Of a stretch of 64,000 nt of DNA, positions 58,176-64,000 are shown piece by piece; positions within the stretch are counted from its first letter, which is position 1, and the number at the start of each line of letters is the position of its first letter. The notes beneath the pieces are model-generated. The model did not search any database, was not told the DNA's origin, and saw only the letters and a list, made by a program, of their open reading frames with translations. This DNA comes from the human T2T-CHM13v2.0 reference genome, Homo sapiens: the NCBI RefSeq assembly GCF_009914755.1, contig NC_060931.1; one strand, written 5' to 3'. Made by a program: the position numbers and the translations under genes.

Positions 58176-61100
58176 GGATATGGAGGATTCCTGTGGCACT
58201 TCTGGTGCCAACCTCATTAATTTCCAGCAGATGGTCTGTGTAAGGTCTGAAACCTGATCTTTCCAAATATCCTTTCATCAGCTAGAGACTCTAATCTGAC
58301 CCATCTATGCTTCTCTAACCCATTAGTCATTGATATTTTTAATGCTGTTGTCTTATACACAGGCTAAACAAGTACTAAACTGTGTGAGTCATTGCAGGGC
58401 AACCTGTCTGTGACATTAGACAACTGTTAGGGAGCCGATTTATTACGGACAGAGCACTGTGTCCAGGTCTGGGGAGGCCAGGTCATGGAGAACCTGGAGT
58501 GGTCCCTGAAGAGCATGGACTCCAGTTTTTTCAAAATGGAAAGACTGTGCAGGTCCTGGCTGTCCAACATTATTCCAGGCTTAGCTCAGCATGGCCTCTC
58601 ATAGGAGCTTTCTCTGATGCTCTCTTCCCTAAATTCATCTCTTCCTCCTCTATATTCTGGATCATTTTCTTTGACTTTTGTTATTTATTTCAAGATTACT
58701 ACATACACCCTGCCTGACAGTAGAGATGGAAAAGCACTGTCTCATTGCTCTCCCATTGTACTAGCTGGCATCATGGACTTCACCTAACCCTCTTCACTTT
58801 CCCCTAGAGTTCAGCCTGGTGGTCTCCATACAGTGGGACCCAGGTGAAATAGCTGAACTTAAATACCTGGTAAAACAAAGTATAAAATAGTCTTTAACTT
58901 CTGATGGCTTAAAATTAAATTATGCAAGGAAAGGGGACACAGGAAAACCTTTAAGTAAGGCAATATTTGCTAATACTCTGAGTGGCCCAAGCAGCCTCCA
59001 CCCTGGGATTTAGGAATAGGGAAAGATGGTGCCAGATGGAAAGTCATGCAGGGATTTGTGGATAGGGTGCATTTTCAGTGCAGTGACTACGCGTGGAGAT
59101 CTTGAGGGTGTTTTATTCTCTTTGCCACTGCTAATCACTTTGTACTAGACCTCCTTATAAATAAGAATAGTTGATCAAACCATTCCCTGAACATGTTGGA
59201 TACCCACCTTCACCAGTTGACTGTTGCGATGTGGCTTTGCTCCACACTTTTCGTAGCAGGGAATGAGCCAGAGAAGGAACTGGGATCTTGAAGAGAATTA
59301 TGGTGACAGTCCTCAGACCCTCCCAGAGTAGTCCCGTAGCAGTGCAGCCGGCTTTGCTGCCTGAGGACACTGTGCACCCTGATGCCCAGGTCAGACTTGT
59401 GGTTACTCACCGTCCTAGAAATGGGCATCTGGGCTTGGTGCCTTGTCTGCCAAGTGGGTTCCAGCGGTTCCCACACATAGAGAATGTGGGAGAGAATGTT
59501 AATTTCAAGTGATGAGCTTGGAGTTATAGCTGTAAAGCAACAGTGGATTATTTTCAAATGACCCAAAGTTTATATGGTAAGAACTCAGTTATCTGGAGCT
59601 CTAGAGAATGAATCACTGGACGTAGCAGAGGCAGAGTTTAGTCCTTTATTCCTTGTTAAAAAACCTGAGCATACTAGATGGACATATTTCTGCTGAGTGT
59701 AGAAACCAGAGGACCAACCAGCCCCTTACCCTGGCATCCACCGCAGCAGGAAGCTTGGCCAGGGCTTTGAGGGATCCTCTGAGAGTACAGCGTAGAAACG
59801 TCATTGGTGCAAGACTGTGACCTGCCCTGCGTTTTGGGGACTGCTCCTTCACGATGCAAACCAGAGCCCAACAGCCACGCCAGCCACCACTGTGAGCTGT
59901 GGTTTGCCTCCTCCATGCATTCACTGTGCTCTTCTCTACTTGTTGGAACCATGGCCGTCACCAACCCACTGGTCTGCTTTCTTTCCACCGCGTCCCCCAC
60001 CTTCTTGAACCACTCCATCAGCATACAGCTGCTAGAAAGATCTTTCACACTGAAGCCATACCATATCACGCTCTTTCTTCGGAATGTCATCTCTGAAATG
60101 ACAGGTGTGCACCGTAGCTTGGTGTGCAAAATTCCAAGCCGTGCAGAGCCTGTGCCGCCCTGTGTTTGTGTACTTCACCCATGTCTCCAGGTGAGCTGTT
60201 TCTCCTCTCAGGGGCCTCCGCGCGGCGCTCCCTCCTCTGCCACGCTCCTCAGACACCCGCAGGCCACCCTGTACGTCACACTCACACGTGCCCACGTCGC
60301 TCAGTCCACGATGGGCGTCTCGAAGGCAGAGCTGGTGTCCTTTCTTCCTCCCCTCAATCCAAATCTTTTTATGGAGCCTCTAATTGTGCCAAGCACCATG
60401 GTGGGTACTGGCACCAGAGAGGTGACTTGGAAGACAGAGATGGCAGTGCCCACCAAGCATGTCCTTCCCTTCCCTTCCCAGGCCCTTCCCAGGGCGCTCC
60501 AGCCCATGAAACAGGGGTGAAAGGCAAGCGCGCTCACTCCCGGCTGAGGAAGTGAAGCCCAGCAAGGGTTCTCCGTTCTCTCTCTTCCCCCGAGGGGAAT
60601 GCAGAGACCTGTGTCTCAGATGGTGCCACCCAAAGTGGCAGAGCCCGTGTCAGCGGTGGGACAGGGCCCTGCCGAACCACCCCGGGAGCACAGCGTGGGA
60701 AGAAATGCGCGCTTGACAAGCGAAGCCCCGTGTGTTCGCCCGTCTGATGGCAACAGCTGCGCGTCCTTCCGTCTTCCACTCTAGTGGGGGAGGCCAGGGT
60801 CAGAACATGCCTGAGAAAGCAGATAAACAAAGGAGACAGGGCCAGGGAGGTCCCACACGGAGAATGAAGTCAGGTGACTTGGCAGAAGGCAAGGGCAGGC
60901 CACGTTTGATGGCGCGGCCTGGGCAGCACAGCTGAGGACCCCGACTGCAGGGTGAGCCCTGAGTGATGAGAAGGAAGCCGCGCGGCCAGCCAGGGGCAGG
61001 GACATTCGTCAGAGAAGCACGAATGCGAAGGCCGAAAGGGAAGCAAGCCTGGGGAGCTGGAAACCTGAATAAGACCTGCGGGGCCACATGGAGGCGAGGG

Positions 61101-62039
61101 GAAGTCAGAAGCAGTGAGGGTGGAGCCCCGCGGAGCCTGTAAGTCCCTGTGAGGGCTCCGGACTTTGTGCCGTTCTCCGCACCCCTCAGGCCCGGTGGAG
61201 TGCGTGACCCCTACGCCGGGCCCGCATCATTTTGGCTCCACAGCTGCCTTTACTCCCAATTACTGCTTGATCCGGGTTGTGCTCTGGATCGATGAGATTG
61301 TCAGCAAGCTCCAGGCAGCCAAGGGGGCCCTGTGTCCGGGAGAGAATGCCTTGCCTGGCAGAAGATGGCTGAGAGGATCAGGTGAATCCTAAGTGGATGA
61401 GCGTTGGGCCAATCAGGGTTCATGCGCGAGCAGCCACAGTCCATCTGCTGCAGCCACGTCCTTGAGGAAACCCGTCAAATCAGGAGCAGCAGCTCTCCAG
61501 GCCCCTTCATTCCAGGACAGTCGGCAGAGAACTAGCAGAACCAGATATGCAGCTCCAGGAGGGAGACCTGACCCTTGCACGTGGGCTCCTGAGCTGCATA
61601 ATTCCGAATTTGTGGTCCCTCTCTTGTATCATCAGGGATGGAGGTCCCAAGGCAGTGTGGCAATAAGGAGCTATGTTTCCGGCCCTCTCCTTTCAGCTTG
61701 GCTTGTGGGCGGAGCAGCCCTGGGGCTCCCTGGTGTGAGGGTGGCTCCGGGCTGCGCCTGCAGACAGGCTTTCTGGGTCCTTGCAGAAAGGGCACCGGTC
61801 CTTGCAGAAAGGGCCCAGCAGGCAGGGCACCGGTCCGGCGTAAGCTCACTCTCAGCTTTCAGTTAGATCGCAGCTCCTGGATTGAGCTGTATACCCAAAC
61901 CCAGCTATATGCTCTTTACAAGCACATACAATAAAGTGACAGAAAGGGATCCAAAAAGTGTACTGGGTGCGTGCACGGAGGGAAGAGGAGACCACAGGGT
62001 TAACCTGAGGCTCGGAGGCAGCACAGCGAGAATCACTCA

Positions 62040-62780
62040 AGGACAGAGAGGATAATTACAGATTATAAAGGGCACCATTCACATCAGAGATATGTAATTG
62101 CTATAAACGTTTAAGTATTAAGTTATGCTGTCTTTAAATAGATAAATTAATGTTGGCGATTTAAGGGACGTACAGAAACTGAATGTGGTAGGAGACTCAA
62201 TATTTAGTACTTCTGCCTGGCTTAACAGATCATTCAAGCAAATTTTAAACAAAGGTATAGAGGGAATGAACAAAGAAATTAGAATGATTTCATATAAAAA
62301 TGACTACCTTAGAGAAAATATAACTTTTTTTCCCCACACAATGTCTCTGTCACTCAGGCTGGAGTGCAGTGGTGTGATCACAGTTCCCTGTAGCTTTCAT
62401 CTCCTGGGCTCATGTAATCCTCCGACCTGAGTTGCTGAAGTAGCTGGGACTACAGGCACATGCCATGTATCAGATCATTTTTTTTTTTTTTTTTTGTAGA
62501 GACAAGGTCTCGCTGTGTTTCTCGGGCTGGTCTCAAATTCCTGGGCTCAAGCAATCCACCTACCTCGGCCTCCTAAAGTGGTGGGATTACAGCTGGAGCC
62601 ACTGCATCCGGGCTGCAACTGTTTTTAATGTCCATTGAAAATTGGCTAAAATGCACCATGTATTATGCTATAAATTACATCTCAAGTTGGCAAAAGCAGA
62701 ATGTATATGGGTTGTATTCTATAGTCACAACATACAGACACAAGAAGAGAAAAGAAGAAAAGGTAGGAAAGAAGGGAGGA
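62040..62780 (+). mobile_element. Old L1M ORF2 endonuclease-domain remnant, split by an AluJ
   Basis: VGDSIFSTSAWLNRSFKQILNKGIEGMN ~ L1 EN VGDFNTPLS..DRS.RQKINKDI..LN; KMHHVLCYK...FYSHN ~ KIDHILGHK...FSDHN. Confidence 0.75.
62325..62614 (-). mobile_element. AluJ
   Basis: J-type features ctcctgggctca, ctgggctcaagcaatcc; diverged. Confidence 0.9.
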
Positions 62781-62906
62781 GAAATAAATTAAGCTGTTCA
62801 CACTCAAAAATTTTAACCTTTGAAATTAAAATACAGACTTCTTTACAACCCTGAAATTAAAATAAAACATAAATGAATCAAAATTTCAATTAAAGTTGCC
62901 ATTACA

Positions 62907-63212
<306 letters not shown>

Positions 63213-63265
63213 TAAAGTTGCCATTACAGACTCTACCTGTGTTATAAGGACATTGAAAACGCTGC

Positions 63266-63740
63266 TGTGGTGGATTGAGTGGCTGCGACACTGCCCCGTC
63301 CACGGTGGACTCTGCTTTCCCTCCCCGTGCGTTAGGGCTAGCTCTGTGCGCTCGTCTCCTGTTTCTCTGCAATGTGCCAGCACCACTGCCCCATCCACGG
63401 TGGACTCCGCTTTCCCTCCCCGTGGGTTGGGGCTGGCTCTGTGCTGCTCTGACGGACAGATGTGGTGGAAGTGCCGCTGTGTGGCTTCTGGGTCTGGGCC
63501 TTAAGAGGTCTGCAACTTCGGCTTTTGCAACTTGGAAAGCTCACTGGCGGGATTCTCTCGTCAGGAAGCCTCCTGAGCTAGAACGTGGAGCATCGACCTC
63601 AACAGAGCACCACGCGTGGGTGAAGTCATCTGGGAGCTTTGAGCTGTCATCAACTTCAACCTGCGGCGAGACCTCAGCCAACACCACATGGAGCGGAGGA
63701 ACGGCGAGCAAGTGCAGCCTGAAATCCTGAGCATGAAACA
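63266..63740 (+). mobile_element. MLT1 (MLT1F/G/H-like) LTR with an internal 61-bp duplication
   Basis: tgtggtggatt...ggctctgtgctgctctgac...gtggtggaagtgccgctgtg...ggccttaagag...caccacatggagc. Confidence 0.7.
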
Positions 63741-63744
63741 GGAT

Positions 63745-64000
63745 GCGTGTGTACACCGGTTGCAGAGCGGCACCTGAAGCTGTGCTGACCTGCCCTAGCA
63801 TAGATGCCCGTGAGGCACAGCTGCAACCGGGGCTGAGTTTGCAGTCATCTGCCATCCACCAGCATCCATCTGGTTTTGCAGGGGCCAAACTGATGACTTG
63901 AATGGAACATGATGGGGGCTATTCCCTGCATTCTTGAAGTCTTGAAGGATGTTGTTGGCCTCTGCCATCCCCGCCCCGGGGTCCACGGGGTCATGCTGTT
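63745..64000 (-). pseudogene. ERVL-class (HERV-L/HERV16-like) pol reverse-transcriptase remnant, frameshifted, runs off the window end
   Basis: Joined frames read [57 protein letters not shown], versus recalled ERVL [62 protein letters not shown]. Confidence 0.8.

Noticed and set aside
58223-58236. CTCF-like ccagcagatggtc (another partial match near 49682)
   Set aside because: Imperfect matches are expected by chance and cannot be supported without ChIP data
59804-60520. 238-aa ORF in unique sequence
   Set aside because: Non-ATG start, no recognisable domain, and the length is plausible by chance in GC-rich DNA; PhyloCSF or Ribo-seq would be needed

Overview
Primate (very probably human) non-coding genomic DNA, intergenic or deep intronic and moderately GC-rich. 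I cannot support any protein-coding exon, RNA gene, CRISPR array or processed pseudogene. The long ORFs in the track come from low-complexity repeats ((TG)n-like, (CCAT)n, a ~20-bp VNTR) or from Alu antisense frames. The window is a mosaic of interspersed repeats: about 16 Alus (many with readable TSDs), old L1M/L2/MIR, MaLR and ERVL LTRs (MST, THE1, MLT1, MLT2), and hAT/Tigger DNA transposons. Two remnants still carry recognisable protein signal: an L1 ORF2 endonuclease fragment (~62.0-62.8 kb, +) and an ERVL-class reverse transcriptase fragment (~63.75-64.0 kb, -). The most notable non-routine items are: a ~770-bp G-rich minisatellite that grew inside an old hAT MITE; a ~175-bp dispersed duplicate 2.08 kb apart whose shared end lies in a C-run/G4-prone tract; a perfect CACGTG-N5-CACGTG (ChoRE geometry) element; two TG-rich arrays that amplify different TF motifs (E-box/MRE and SMAD box); several two-copy 60-70 bp tandem duplications; and apparent AT->GC-biased decay of old repeats. 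I found no new multi-gene biological system. Repeat subfamily names come from recalled consensus sequences and need RepeatMasker/Dfam confirmation. The chromosomal locus is not identified.
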